A stretch of DNA of 63,810 nt, filler included, from Lenisia limosa (taxonomy: Eukaryota > Protista > Breviatea): NCBI GenBank assembly GCA_001655205.1. It is 9 parts of 9 records of this genome, joined end to end, with 100 filler letters (N's around TTAATTAATTAA, not from the genome) between each part and the next. Parts side by side here need not be neighbours in the genome. Positions count along the whole stretch, not along the records: positions 18,052 to 44,700 come from LPNZ01008245.1; positions 44,801 to 47,386 come from LPNZ01003314.1; positions 47,487 to 50,622 come from LPNZ01009590.1; positions 50,723 to 52,381 come from LPNZ01003743.1; positions 52,482 to 62,231 come from LPNZ01008362.1; 4 more parts are not named here. The stretch is one strand, 5' to 3'. The translations under genes and the position numbers were made by a program. Shown here piece by piece: positions 42,466-55,500 of the stretch (its first letter is position 1; every line of letters starts with the position of its first letter). The notes below the pieces were generated by a model. It was not told the DNA's origin, made no database searches, and saw nothing but the letters and a program-made list of their open reading frames with translations.

Positions 42466-44963
42466 ATGACTTCTGAAACGGAGAAAAAGGTGGGGAGGAG
42501 AGTGGGAAGAGAAAATGCGAGATGAGAAGATTGGTGGAGCAGACTGATACGCATTCTTCATTTCTTCATATCGCAGGCGAAGCAGTTGCGAAGAAAAGCC
42601 CTTTTTTATGCATGCCTGGGAGTGTTCATTGATGGTATTGGAACCAGTATCATTGTACCGGTTCTGGCCTATTATGCTGATCAGTGGGGGGTGGGGACAT
42701 GCTCACACTCATCTTTCTTCTGGTGTTGTGGATGCGCAATCTTCTATCAATGTGCATTTGCGTAATTGCCTAGGTTCAATGCTACCGCTCTGATGGTGGG
42801 GCTCCTCTTCACGTCCTATGCAGCAACAATGGCTCTTTGTATTCCCATTTGTGGGTGGTGCTTTTTTCCTGATTCATCTTTATAATTGACACTTCAGGGG
42901 GCTCACTAAGTGATAAGATTGGAAGGCGAGTGGTGGTTCTGGTCCTGATTCTTGGTTCATCGGTAGCCTTCTTCATCCAAGGTTTGCAGCGGTTAATCAA
43001 CTAAACCACCAGGTATTGCACCAACTTACATCATCCTGCTGGTCGGAAGGCTCCTAGGCGGAACGTTTGCCGGTACTCAGACAGTAGCCATCGCAGTCAT
43101 TGGCGACCTTTACACCGGAGTAGGTTATTTGGAACTGTGACCATGACTGGGTATTGAATAACCAAAGAATGCTCTGAAGTCTTTTTGACAAGCCAGATGG
43201 ACGTGGCTGTCATGCAAGGTCGACTTGGAGGCGTGACAGGCGTGTCTTTTGTCATTGGACCGGTTATTGGTGGGTGGCATTGTCATTCCTTGGTTCATGA
43301 CTTCATCATTTCAAAAGTGACTTTATTAGGAGCCATTGCATCAACTTACTCCTACTCCACGCCGTTTTTTCTCTCTTCATGTGGGGGGAGGGGGGGTTGT
43401 AGATTATCAAATCTGGATACTTTTTATGCTCCCGGCAATTGTTCCCATTGGTCACTTCTTCAGTGTTTGCCTTTGTGGCTTTCTTCTTTGCTTTATTTGG
43501 GATGTTGGAGACCAACAAGCTCATGAAGCCTCGGTGGTTCTCACCGTCCTCCAGAAACTATTCCATTCTGGTATGTTTCAGGCTAGGGTACCGTCCATCC
43601 TTTTGTAAGATAACAAATGTAGAAAGAGCGCCTTTTAGAAGGCGCCAAAAGTGAACTCAAACCCACTGGGACTTTTGAGGAATCAAGCGTGGAGGCTGAA
43701 GTAGTTGCTGAGAGCTCTGAAGAAAACATGTAGGATGGAATTCGAGAACGATTACTTCTGATAATATGTGACCACTATTTGTAATTTTCATCAGAGAGGA
43801 AGAGTCAACCTGTAAGTCTGAAGAGTGTGTGAAGAAGAGTGAAGATGACATTTCTGTCAAAATGGATGAAACTGGAGAAGAAGATAAGACCAAGAGTCCA
43901 CTTGTCCAAGAGGTAAGTTGTGAACACACTTCTCACAATGAAAGTTTCAATATCCTAGTCTTATGTTGTGACTTTTCAGGGTATGAAACTGTCAATGATA
44001 TGCTGCTACATCATTGGTTTCTGCATTTGCCTTGTTTTCTCCATTCTCAACGTGGTGATTCCCCTCTTCATGAGGTTGGTCGAATATGCCATGTGTTGTT
44101 TAATGGACAAGTGACAAATGGGACTACGGGGCCTTGGAAGTTGGTTTCCTGATATCTGTCAACAGTTTGAACTATGCACTGAGTCAGGTTTGTTGGGAAA
44201 AGTATAGTTATTCATGTTTACACCGTTTGAATGGGATGTGACATTTCAATTGTGCTGACAGTCGCAGTCATTTGCGATCAAACCTCTTATGCAGTTAATG
44301 GGTCCAACAAAAATGAGTAAGGAATTGTGAACATGATGACGGATCAATTACCGATTATGCAATACAACCTTACGAGATGTAGTGATATTTGGAGCTATTC
44401 TCCAGTCCTCTATTGGAGTTATGTTCTTGTGGCCTGACTTTTGGATGCTGGTAGGGCTCACTGACGACATTACTCATAATTACTTTTCAGGTTATCCACA
44501 TGGAAATTGTTTTCTTCGGTACAGCTATACTGATTCCTGTCGTTGTCCAGCGACTTATGGCGTGAGTGGTGTCTATCTGCACCTGCAATAACGGATCGCC
44601 TAGTGAAATTGATTCATTTTTTATTTCTTCAGTATTGCCACCCCCGCGCGAATGGGTGCCGTCCTGGGATTCTACAGCTCAGTGTGCGTCAGCTCCATGG
44701 NNNNNNNNNNNNNNNNNNNNNNNNNNNNNNNNNNNNNNNNNNNNTTAATTAATTAANNNNNNNNNNNNNNNNNNNNNNNNNNNNNNNNNNNNNNNNNNNN
44801 TTGAGCGTAAAAAAGAGAGATATAGGGGCAATCCCAAATCAATGCGCCGTATGGCACGTCCTCACATTTTGTAGGCAAATTGTCCCTGTTCTTCTCCTTG
44901 CAAATGGGAAGAAAACTACCTCTTCCAACAGTGAACCTCGTGGGCAGGGAGTACCAAACATAA
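42466..44963 (+). CDS. Major facilitator superfamily transporter (TetA/DHA1-like); the last exon lies beyond a linker
   Basis: Exons: CLGVFIDGIGTSIIVPVLAYYADQ, GSLSDKIGRRVVVLV (motif A), LLVGRLLGGTFAGTQTVAIAVIGD, QGRLGGVTGVSFVIGPVIGG (motif C-like), an acidic central loop, DKWDYGALEVGFLIS and PARMGAVLGFYSS. The putative C-terminus after the 44701-44800 gap is tentative. Confidence 0.88.
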
Positions 44964-45064
44964 TTAATTCTTGTGATACCTGATTATTTGCCCTTTTTCT
45001 GCCTTTTATTTTGTGTCAAATTGCTGCTTTTTAATCAAAATTCTGCTTTTTAGTCACAATCCTG

Positions 45065-45340
45065 ATGGCTTTAGAGCGTCTCTCCGGTATCGAGCTTTGG
45101 GAAGCGGCGTTGTCCCTCTGCGAGCTTTCCATGTACTTTGTGGGTTTCGGATAAAAGAATACCTTCCTAATTTAGCACGTTTAATATTTAATAATTTCCT
45201 TATTTGGCATTGTCCATAATCATCACTCCCCCCCCCCCCAGAACGCGCCATTCCGATGCACACTGGCGCTCTTTGCGTCGAGTAACCTACATCGGCCTGA
45301 CCGCTGGCCTGTGGCCGCTCTCCGGGCCGCGTTATTGGTA
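45065..45340 (+). CDS. Putative first exons of an unidentified gene
   Basis: ATG GCT TTA GAG (MALERLSGIELWEAALSLCELS) is followed by a GT donor. A poly(C)-CAG acceptor at ~45241 leads into a GC-rich exon-like block that ends at GTACGG. Confidence 0.35.
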
Positions 45341-46976
45341 CGGGGGGTTTATTCGTTTATTACATTTTTTTTTATTGGTACGGGTGGAGTTATTGTATGG
45401 TATTGTTATATTATTATAATATATACTATATACATATTATTACTTATACTTATATATCACATTTTGTATTATTCTATTATATCTTATTTATAAAAAAATA
45501 TATAATAGTGGGGGTGGGGGGGAGTCGTGAAATTTGTCCTAATTTTTAGCCGCCCCCACCATCGCCTACCACAGCAGCTATCACCCCGAGAGAGGATGAC
45601 CTGTGGGCTCAATTCAAATATGGCGCATGAAAAAAATTTTAAACCAATTTTGGCTGACAAAACATGTTTAACATGTTTTTCATATGTTTGGCATGTTTTT
45701 TTATGTTTAACATATCGACCAAGAATTCACTTGTAATATTTGGCCATTCCATAAATTTCTTCAAATTTCCATAAAACTCCATGGGATTCTCATGTAAATA
45801 ATGGGAATCAACTATTTGTTCATTTTCACAAGTGTGAAGGAAATGCTTGAATAAAACGTCCAAACAGCTTTCAATAGCTACACTGTTTGCAAATATATAG
45901 CAATCTGGCCGAAGCCGTCCACACCATCTCGCTCTCTGAAAATATAAAAATTATTGAGTAAAACGACCAAAAACTGATCCCCAATAGAAGGCAATATGTG
46001 TTTGTTTGTATTTTTTAGAGCTTCACTTTCAGTTCGAGAAAAAGACTGAATTCTCGAAAAATCCTCGATAAACCGAAAGTGAAGCGCTGTTATTTTCCTT
46101 CCTTATTTGTTATAACATTTACATTTTTGTTCTCATAACAATTAGAAGGCCGCCCACAACCGACCGTCGAAAGCAGAAGGAGAGGAAGGAGGAAAGAAGG
46201 AAGAAAAAATAGGCATTCTCAATAATAGTAGTGTTTTTGTACTCTAGTGGCTGTATTTGTATTTATTCAGGTTTTCTTGGTTTATTTGTGGAGTAATGGG
46301 AAGCTGCGATGCAGCGACTGGCCTGGGCTTTGTTTGTTTTTTGGGTTATTAAAGGCATAAGATATTGAATATGATGGGAGCCAAGGAGGTGAATCCTTCT
46401 AGTTTTGTATTTCCCATCGACCGTTCTTCAGAATCCCGTAGTGTTTTTTCTTGGGCTCCGAAATTAGTTGAAAAATTAATTTCAAAATTTAAAGTCGGAC
46501 ACTTCTAATTTGTTTAGTTTCCTCAATATTCTATTCTAGCACTCTCTAGTATTAGGCCTGGACTTTGTTGTCNNNNNNNNNNNNNNNNNNNNNNNNNNNN
46601 NNNNNNNNNNNNNNNNNNNNNNNNNNNNNNNNNNNNNNNNNNNNNNNNNNNNNNNNNNNNNNNNNNNNNNNNNNNNNNNNNNNNNNNNNNNNNNNNNNNN
46701 AACAAATCCAACAAAAAACTCTCAAGAAAGCCCGCACCATATCCCCCCACCCCCCTCATCAAAACCCTCTATTGTTGGAACAGTTCTACATACCTAAAAC
46801 GTGAAATTCAAGCTTTCCATACAAATAATTGAGATGTAATTTCTCTTGTCAATTTTTCAAGCGGGTGTTAATGGCCCCACAATTAGAAAAGTAATCTTGC
46901 GTCAATATTGTTATTTTAAACCTGAGCCACTATCCCCTTACGTCCCAGAGCTTTTAAAAACACCATCATCACTTCC

Positions 46977-47386
46977 TTCCCCCAACCTTTGCCCGATAAA
47001 TTTCTTGTTTTTCACCAGTACCGCATTTGAGGCTTCAGCAGCATTGGTGAAGTTCAGCCATGCTTCTCCACTATGGGGGGGGGGGGTAAAACGAAGGAAA
47101 TTTGATGAAGAATGATAATACAAAGCGAATAATCTAAAACTTGAACAAACAAACAAAAATTTGGATAATTTATGAAACAAACAGAAAAAGAAGCCCAAAA
47201 TCAAACAAATCAACATCACACGAGGCTTGATAACAACAAAACAAACAAAGCTCAGGCCCTACCTAGGCCTTCCATCTACAAGAGCGCCAAGCACAAGAGA
47301 CTCAGGAATATAGTCGAAGCCCTCGAAAAACTGGTAAATGTCTTGTGCGGAGGCTCGGAACGGCAGGCCCCGCATCTTCACCCGCG
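46977..47386 (-). CDS. Quasi-RRM (hnRNP F/H, GRSF1, ESRP-like) RNA-binding protein, fragment
   Basis: Exons RVKMRGLPFRASAQDIYQFFEGFDYIPESLVLGALVDGRP and SGEAWLNFTNAAEASNAVLVKNKKFIGQR match the qRRM consensus MRGLP..A...DI..FF / G.PSGEA.V.F...K....G.RY. Confidence 0.85.
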
Positions 47387-47719
47387 NNNNNNNNNNNNNN
47401 NNNNNNNNNNNNNNNNNNNNNNNNNNNNNNTTAATTAATTAANNNNNNNNNNNNNNNNNNNNNNNNNNNNNNNNNNNNNNNNNNNNATGAAAATGGGAGG
47501 GGGGGTATATTAAACCTTGGAATAAAACTCATAGATTTCGCAATGAGAAAATAAACAAGGTAGGATCTGGCCGAAGCCGTCCACACCATCATGCTTATAA
47601 GAGATAAAAATTAGTAATTCACCCAATCATTTGCCTCACAACTCCATGCGTGCCTCCCAAGCATAATAGAGATGAGATAAAGAACCATCAACACCATGGT
47701 ATAAACTGATTTTCCCTAC

Positions 47720-50410
47720 CTCTCTTCTCAAGTGACTCAAATTCTCCTTCTTAGGTAAGAACACCTTCGCCTAAACAAGCAGTAAAACCAGTGGGAGTGA
47801 TGGAGTAAAAAATAAGGATATTTGTGAAGATAAGAAAAAAAAGAGAGTTTCACTAAAAATTAATAATGCAAATATCATGTTACTAGAGCTACCCAACAAA
47901 CATTGATAAAGAGTTCATGACCTCCCTGTAATTTGGTTCCCTTGACTTCAATCATCTTCTTCTGCAAGGGTGAGACTTTATTTGGACAAATAAGATAAAA
48001 AAACATGAAATTGAATCAGGGAAACAAAATATGCTCAATAATAAACCCATTGTCAAAATACCAAATTTCAATAAAAAAAAAAGGGGGGGGGGATCCACCT
48101 ACCCTCTCTTTTGGAACCTGTGTCATGATTGATTTGTGAGTATAAAGCCTCCGACATTCGAAAAAAAAAACCGATACAAACCACAGTGCCATACCTTGGG
48201 CTTCCCAACAGTCCCCAAAAAAAAGACCGAATCTCTCGATAAATCCTTGATAACTGTCGATATTGTAACAGTCTTTTTTGGACTGTAGGGAAGCCCAAGC
48301 CATACCACATAATCTATTCTAATACCCCCCCCCCNNNNNNNNNNNNNNNNNNNNNNNNNNNNNNNNNNNNNNNNNNNNNNNNNNNNNNNNNNNNNNNNNN
48401 NNNNNNNNNNNNNNNNTCACATTCCAAAAAAAATGTCCAAACCTCATTGTTATAGCCAAACTCGAAATCTGGTGACGGCGAAGGCTGGACAGAGCAGGTT
48501 TCAGTAGACTTGGGGACGGGAATGGAAACGTTGAGGTGGCTCGTGCGGATGTTGTCGGGGAAAGACGTCTTCAGCTACAGAGGTGAAAAGTTTTCATTTG
48601 TTTTGACCATTTAAATTCACTTGTTTTGATAATTTTGTTAACAATTTTATTGCATTTGTTTTGACACTTGGTTTTGCGAAGCTTTCAGTTGTATGAGTAG
48701 GATTCAGCTTCNNNNNNNNNNNNNNNNNNNNNNNNNNNNNNNNNNNNNNNNNNNNNNNNNNNNNNNNNNNNNNNNNNNNNNNNNNNNNNNNNNNNNNNNN
48801 NNNNNNNNNNNNNNNNNNNNNNNNNNNNNNNNNNNNNNNNNNNNNNNNNNNNNNNNNNNNNNNNNTGGCGTTAACATCGAACGGCAAACGGAAGCCTCCG
48901 TTCTGGATTAAATGAGAGGGAGTAGAGGGTTGGTATGCGTATATATGCCATTGTAATATAGGATATCGATTGTATCATATAATATAGTAGCTGAATAATC
49001 GAGCCTCACCTGGTGATACGTCATTGCTACAAACTCTCCCTCAGGGGGTGTCATACTACATCGTAAGAAGAGCAATTACAGAGGAAAGTCAGTATACAAA
49101 GGGCAGTTGAAAAAAACGGTCGGTTAAAAGGACAGATGTGTGTTTGACCCCCCCCCCCCNNNNNNNNNNNNNNNNNNNNNNNNNNNNNNNNNNNNNNNNN
49201 NNNNNNNNNNNNNNNNNNNNNNNNNNNNNNNNNNNNNNNNNNNNNNNNNNNNNNNNNNNNNNNNNNNNNNNNNNNNNNNNNNNNNNNNNNNNNNNNNNNN
49301 NNNNNNNNNNNNNNNNNNNNNNNNNNNNNNNNNNNNNNNNNNNNNNNNNNNNNNNNNNNNNNNNNNNNNAATGTGGTCATTGTACGTGTTTAGTGTTTCC
49401 CTTGAGATATCGCACCCGTCACATATATTGAGCTTGATCTCAAGTCAATCGTGCCCAAACTTATCACAGTTATTATATCACCTGCAAAGCTGATCACTAA
49501 CCCAAAAAGGAAACTCCATATTCTGTAACCCCACATATACCACCCCATCTATGACCCCCTCTCCCCACTTGAAGGACCAGTGCGGNNNNNNNNNNNNNNN
49601 NNNNNNNNNNNNNNNNNNNNNNNNNNNNNNNNNNNNNNNNNNNNNNNNNNNNNNNNNNNNNNNNNNNNNNNNNNNNNNNNNNNNNNNNNNNNNNNNNNNN
49701 NNNNNNNNNNNNNNNNNNNNNNNNNNNNNNNNNNNNNNNNNNNNNNNNNNNNNNNNNNNNNNNNNNNNNNNNNNNNNNNNNNNNNNNNNNNNNNNNNNNN
49801 NNNNNNNNNNNNNNNNNNNNNNNNNNNNNNNNNNNNNNNNNNNNNNNNNTTTCGAACCCAAGTGAAGCCCAAATAGTTTTATGAGGGTCATTTATTAATT
49901 TGGAAGGATGACACCTCACTCTGTATTCTTTACCCCTCCATCATCTTTCTTTCTTCACCCCATTCCCCTCGACTGTAAAATCTTCACCACCACCCCCACC
50001 CTTGAGGAAGGATCGAAGTTGGAGGGAACCATCAACTTCCGACCGTAGGACCTGGCCCTGGAATTGCGTCAAAATACATGGATAAATTTCGGCAAGTGAA
50101 TTTGATTGTTTGGGAAATAAATTGAAAAAATTTGAATTTAACGAGTCTGAAATAAATTCTCGTCACAATATATCACTTCAAAATCCGCAATTAATGTTTC
50201 CATCAACTGCACGAAGACTCGGTATAAATCATGACGGGGTGATTAATATTATACAATAATTCAATATCTCTTATTTATAACTGTGATGGCGCAGGGAAGT
50301 CCTAATTGGAAGCCCTCCATACGGTAGATCCGAGGGTCACAGTTAGACGTTCGACCAAATCGATGAAAACTTCGTTGGAGTTCTTATTAGCCACCGATCT
50401 GAAAATGTCA
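47720..50410 (-). CDS. AP4M1: Adaptor complex mu subunit, AP-4 mu-like, mu-homology domain part only (contig ends on both sides)
   Basis: Exons: KNSNEVFIDLVERLTVTLGST, GQVLRSEVDGSLQLRSFLKG, PEGEFVAMTYH, FRLPFDVNA, LKTSFPDNIRTSHLNVSIPVPKSTETCS, KLQGGHELFIN and AKVFLPKKENLSHLRRE. The EVF.D.VERL.V and SE.DG..Q..S.L motifs fit AP-4 mu better than AP-1 or AP-2. Confidence 0.8.
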
Positions 50411-51249
50411 GAGTAATGGCCATGAGTACCCCTATTTAGGACCTATTTAGGAAATTTGGGTCCCTCTTTGATCGTACAATTAATTGCTACAAGTATACTC
50501 TGATCTGTCATTTTCTGTGGGTGTTTTCTTGGAGTATTGTTCTCAATAGAGACTTGCCTTGTATATAAAAACACCCAACAGAAAAATGCGAGCCCATATC
50601 CCTCCCTCCCCTCTTGCCTACANNNNNNNNNNNNNNNNNNNNNNNNNNNNNNNNNNNNNNNNNNNNTTAATTAATTAANNNNNNNNNNNNNNNNNNNNNN
50701 NNNNNNNNNNNNNNNNNNNNNNGGAGGGGGGGGGGTGATAATATGACTATATGGGGTGATCCATATGAGGGAGATTTCATTTTATCAAGAATTTATCAGA
50801 GGAGTTTACCCCAAAAAAAAAAATTAGAAATATTCTTATTATTTTGCATATTGTCTGACGTAGTGCTTTAGATACATTGAAACGGATCCGACAAAGCGAA
50901 AAAAGTTGAACATCCCAAAAACAGAGTACGAGTGGGGCTTCACCTTTTTTATTTGTCCGAGGTAAGTCTTGACCGAAATTATAATTCAACACTTATCCCG
51001 GTCACTGTATAGCTGTATTAAAATCTGCGTTTTAATGGTACCAGTGCATCATCACTGGAGGTTCTCATGGCAGTCAGTGAGGTCACCCTGGATGTCCGCC
51101 TTTTCAGTCGGTCGTTTTCCACGCCTGCTGCCACAGAACACATTGTGGGTATGGCTTTTTTGAGAGCTTTACTTTTGGTTCCGAAACACCTGTAAAATAT
51201 CAATATTTCATTCGTTTTTGGAACTGAAAGTAAAACTCAACTTTTTTTT

Positions 51250-52202
51250 GCAGAAAAGTCTATTGAAAGTAGGATCATAAAGATCCAGCGGGTGAACTGT
51301 ACAAGACCACAGAGAAAATGATAGCCATGAACTTTTGGTTATTGTTGTACAATGGTTTCATTTTGGGTATTTGTTATGGAGATGTATTGTGACGATATAT
51401 TTATGTGTTAGTTTATGAAACTGTATGTATTGTGGGCATATAAATATTTATGTTATGGAGTTGTATTGTTGGAATGGAGACAACATATTTGGGTAATAAT
51501 GGATAAAGAGAACTGAAGTAGATTAGGACTCTTTACGTTTTATGACGTTTCTTCTATTAAACACAGAGATTTCTTATAATTCTAGGCAGCAGAGATATAT
51601 CTCTGATTTCTTTTTTTTTTTGTTCTGATAAACATATAGACCTACTATTCGGATAGCCCCGAAAAAGGCAAGGCTCATATCTGTCAACTTCTGAAATCTG
51701 CCCGAAGTAAGAACCTCGAAATGCATGAAAAGTTGGATGGGTTACAGAAAGACCTAAAAGTAGCTTTTTATCAAGAGTTAAGTCTTCATTTTGAACTGGA
51801 ATGGAAATTCAAGTTTTGAGCTAATGGTACAAGTAATAAGAGGTAGTATCTGAAGCTGTTTAATACTCCCAGTTACTTTCAACTGTTTGCTTTGTATTGT
51901 TTGGGGTATTGTTGCCCAGCTCCAGTTCCATCACTTCGCGCTATTATTTTTAAGAGCTGTAAAATACATCAAATAAAATCTAAGGATACAAAATAATACA
52001 TCGGGTTAACGTGTGACACAGTTACAGAATATATGTGTGCGTCGTAATTGAAACATATTCACATTGTTCCTACAACGTAACTTTACCTACCCAGAGCCCT
52101 CTCACAAGACGAACTTCTGGAGTACCTCAGAACAGGCCACGCCATAATCCTTTTGGTAGACCATGACCTTCTTTATTGCTCCGAATGCGCTCTTTTACAC
52201 AC
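51250..52202 (+). CDS. GUCD1-like (guanylyl cyclase domain-containing 1 family) protein, partial
   Basis: Exons TYYSDSPEKGKAHICQLLKSARSKNLEMHEK and ALSQDELLEYLRTGHAIILLVDHDLLYCSECALL resemble the recalled GUCD1 segment FY......RV..LF..A....V.. / S..DI..HL..GH.AIVLVN..LHC..C. The start may lie near 51030-51070. Confidence 0.6.
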
Positions 52203-52589
52203 GTAAGAAGGGAAGCAATATTGTGGACATTTGAAATTATGGATTTGTTTCTCCCAATCTTAAAAAGACTGTTTTTTAAAAAATTTAAGAAATTATTTTG
52301 TATTATTTTGTATTATTATTTTTTTTAACAGTGATTAAGGAGGCAACCCTCACTGTATCCGGCAACTGGACGACTGCCTGTNNNNNNNNNNNNNNNNNNN
52401 NNNNNNNNNNNNNNNNNNNNNNNNNTTAATTAATTAANNNNNNNNNNNNNNNNNNNNNNNNNNNNNNNNNNNNNNNNNNNNAACAAAGCCCAGGCCAGTA
52501 GCTTCTGCAGCACTGTATCCCATCACTCCAGCGTACAGTAGACCCCCCACGCACACACTCTCTACCTTACTTGATCCTCTCTCTCCCCT

Positions 52590-55500
52590 TACCCTTGCTG
52601 CTGAAGAAGAACAGGAACATGGAAAAGGTTTGAGAGGTCGTGTACGCTAATAACGTTGGTTGTGGGCAGATGACAGAAGAGGGCTGGATTTGTAAGTTGT
52701 ACTAGATTGGTTGGTTATAATGGGCAAGATTTAATTTAACAGTATATTAGTTGAGGCTTTATTTCGGTTCGAAAAAAACTGAATTTGTCGATAAATCCTC
52801 GAAAACTATCGATTATTTCGAACCAAAGTGAAGCCCTCATTGCCCACCAAGCTTCTCAAGGGTGGTGGAGTCGAGAGGCGTCTCAGAACGGCACATCAGA
52901 AGATCTGAAAAGTGTGAGAAAGGGGGGGGGGGGTTGAAGAGAGAAANNNNNNNNNNNNNNNNNNNNNNNNNNNNNNNNNNNNNNNNNNNNNNNNNNNNNN
53001 NNNNNNNNNNNNNNNNNNNNNNNNNNNNNNNTTGCATGTGATCAAAAAGGTAAGAAAAGATGGGAAAGAAAGGAAGAAAAACGAGAGAAAGAAAAGCTTG
53101 AAATGAGATTCAAAAAGTAGTCAAAAAAACAGACAAAAAATACCCGGGTACCAGGTTCGAGGCCTAATGCACGCACATCTCTCACGCCATGTTGCGTAGG
53201 CTTGGTTTTGCGCTCTCCAACAACGCCAAGGGTGGGGACTGCGCGTGAGTGTCAGGTAAATATCGAGGATTTATTGGCTTGTCTTAATATGAGGTTCACT
53301 TGTTTTTGAACTCGTTGAAGACCCCTTTATTTTTCAGAAACTGTTCTAAAAACACAACTTTAAGTTTCTTTTTTTTAACACTGGTTAAAAAAAAAGTGGA
53401 CCTCATATTTGGTTGAGCCGATTTATTGATGGATCGAGGTTTATCAAAGATTATCAAGTGCTTTTGGGGAACACATAGAAAAAGCAAAAAGCTTACTGAA
53501 CATTAAAAAAAAAATGGTAAAAAATAAACACTGTGAAACACATCCCGGGGCGTACTGAGGGAAACGTAGAGGTTGCAGAAGTTGTGCGCGCCGACGCGAT
53601 ACTTTAGTTGGCGTAAGGCCTCAACGAAGGGGGCGGATTCAATGTCTCTAGGATTATTAATATTACTGGGGAGGGGGGGGGGGGGNNNNNNNNNNNNNNN
53701 NNNNNNNNNNNNNNNNNNNNNNNNNNNNNNNNNNNNNNNNNNNNNNNNNNNNNNNNNNNNNNNNNNNNNNNNNNNNNNNNNNNAAAGACTTTACTGCAAA
53801 AAACAGTAAATACCCCCATTTACCCCCTTCCACCCATCCATGAAATAGTATATCTCCCCCTGTTCATACCTTAAACTTTATACCCTCCTCCCCTCCCCTC
53901 CTTTTTTTGTTTTGTTGTTAGCCAGCTGTTGTTTTGGGCTGAGTTTGTTGCATAAATCTTCTAATTTGACTCCCCCGCAGATCGTGCTGATTCAATCTTG
54001 ATTTATTTCTCAGTTTTTCGCCCAAAACCTGCAATTATATATTTATATCATACTATTAGGGCTTCACTTCGGTTCGAAAAAGACCGGTAAAATATCGATA
54101 GTTTCCCAGGATTTTTAGAGAAATTCAGTCTTTTGTCGAACCGAAGTGAAGCCCTACATATATTATATTAAAAAGACCCCCCCACCCAAAACGTTTAATT
54201 TAAATATTAATCCCCACTCACCCAACAGTCCCGCCAAGCTCAATGAGACAGACATCAGGAGTAGGTCCGTTAGGCGTTGAGGGAACCTGGGCTACCTGGG
54301 GGGGGGGGGGGNNNNNNNNNNNNNNNNNNNNNNNNNNNNNNNNNNNNNNNNNNNNNNNNNNNNNNNNNNNNNNNNNNNNNNNNNNNNNNNAATTTATGAA
54401 ACAAAAAAACAACTCAGTTGAAATCACGAGGGTTGATAACTACGAAACAAACAACGTAAACTATCATTTTCCACGCCGTGATATGATACTTCATATCCAC
54501 TCGTATGAGAATTTACCGACATGTCTCAATGATACTCTGATACTCGGGATAAACCCTCGTGTTATCTTCGTTGGTCATTTCGACTCGTAAGTCGCTCATA
54601 TGATCATATCACTTGTGGAGATGCGTTAACATATTGAATATCTCTGGGCCTATTATACATACTGTCATCATCAACATCACCATCATTCTCATAACATATC
54701 CATTCCTCCCCCCCCCCCACCNNNNNNNNNNNNNNNNNNNNNNNNNNNNNNNNNNNNNNNNNNNNNNNNNNNNNNNNNNNNNNNNNNNNNNNNNNNNNNN
54801 NNNNNNNNNNNNNNNNNNNNNNNNNNNNNNNNNNNNNNNNNNNNNNNNGGACGGTTTTTCCGAGGTAATCACCACGACGCTCTCTGGAAGTCAAATAAAC
54901 ACCCCTCTGAAAGACAGAATCACAAGAAACCCTAAAAATCCTGAAATACGGTGCAATTTTGAACTGTCCAAAATCCCCTTCACTCTTTCTAACAAAAAAA
55001 ACCCTCTTACTTTTCAATCAAGTTTTGACAATAATCCCACACTTTTCAATCAAGTTTTGACAATAATCCCACACTTTTCAATCAAGTTTTTTAACGACAA
55101 TAATCCCCTCTGATCCCCTTACTTCTCAATCACTTGCTGGTAGATCTTTCCAGTGGTGATGTTGTGATCGCGCGTGAGGGTGAGGTTCAGGAAACGCTCG
55201 TAGTTGCCCTAGGAATGTAAGCGGCGGGGGGGGGGGGGNNNNNNNNNNNNNNNNNNNNNNNNNNNNNNNNNNNNNNNNNNNNNNNNNNNNNNNNNNNNNN
55301 NNNNNNNNNNNNNNNNNNNNNNNNNNNNNNNNNNNNNNNNNNNNNNNTTCCACGATTTTGGTCCTGATGACGTGGCAGTTCTCACCTGCTTTAAATCCCT
55401 CAAAATATCGCTAATAATTACCAAGGAAAGTGAGATAAATGCTCATTCGCCCTCACTACTCACAAGATCAAGATCAGTTTCTCCTCCGTCGTCAAGCACA

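Noticed and set aside
45240-45340. GC-rich island as a standalone ncRNA
   Set aside because: It is bounded by a poly(C)-CAG acceptor and a GT donor like other exons here, and no recognisable RNA family motif was found.
47443-50666. AP mu subunit lacking the N-terminal longin domain and C-terminal end
   Set aside because: Both ends coincide with linkers.
52382-52600. CTP synthase apparently lacking its glutaminase domain
   Set aside because: The gene runs into a contig linker, so the truncation is an assembly effect.
53140-53275. GC-rich stretch with GGTTCGA and, on the minus strand, an ATTTACCTG start and T-run end, resembling a tRNA or U1-like RNA
   Set aside because: On the minus strand it translates to the conserved CTP synthase motif [22 protein letters not shown] with proper splice sites.
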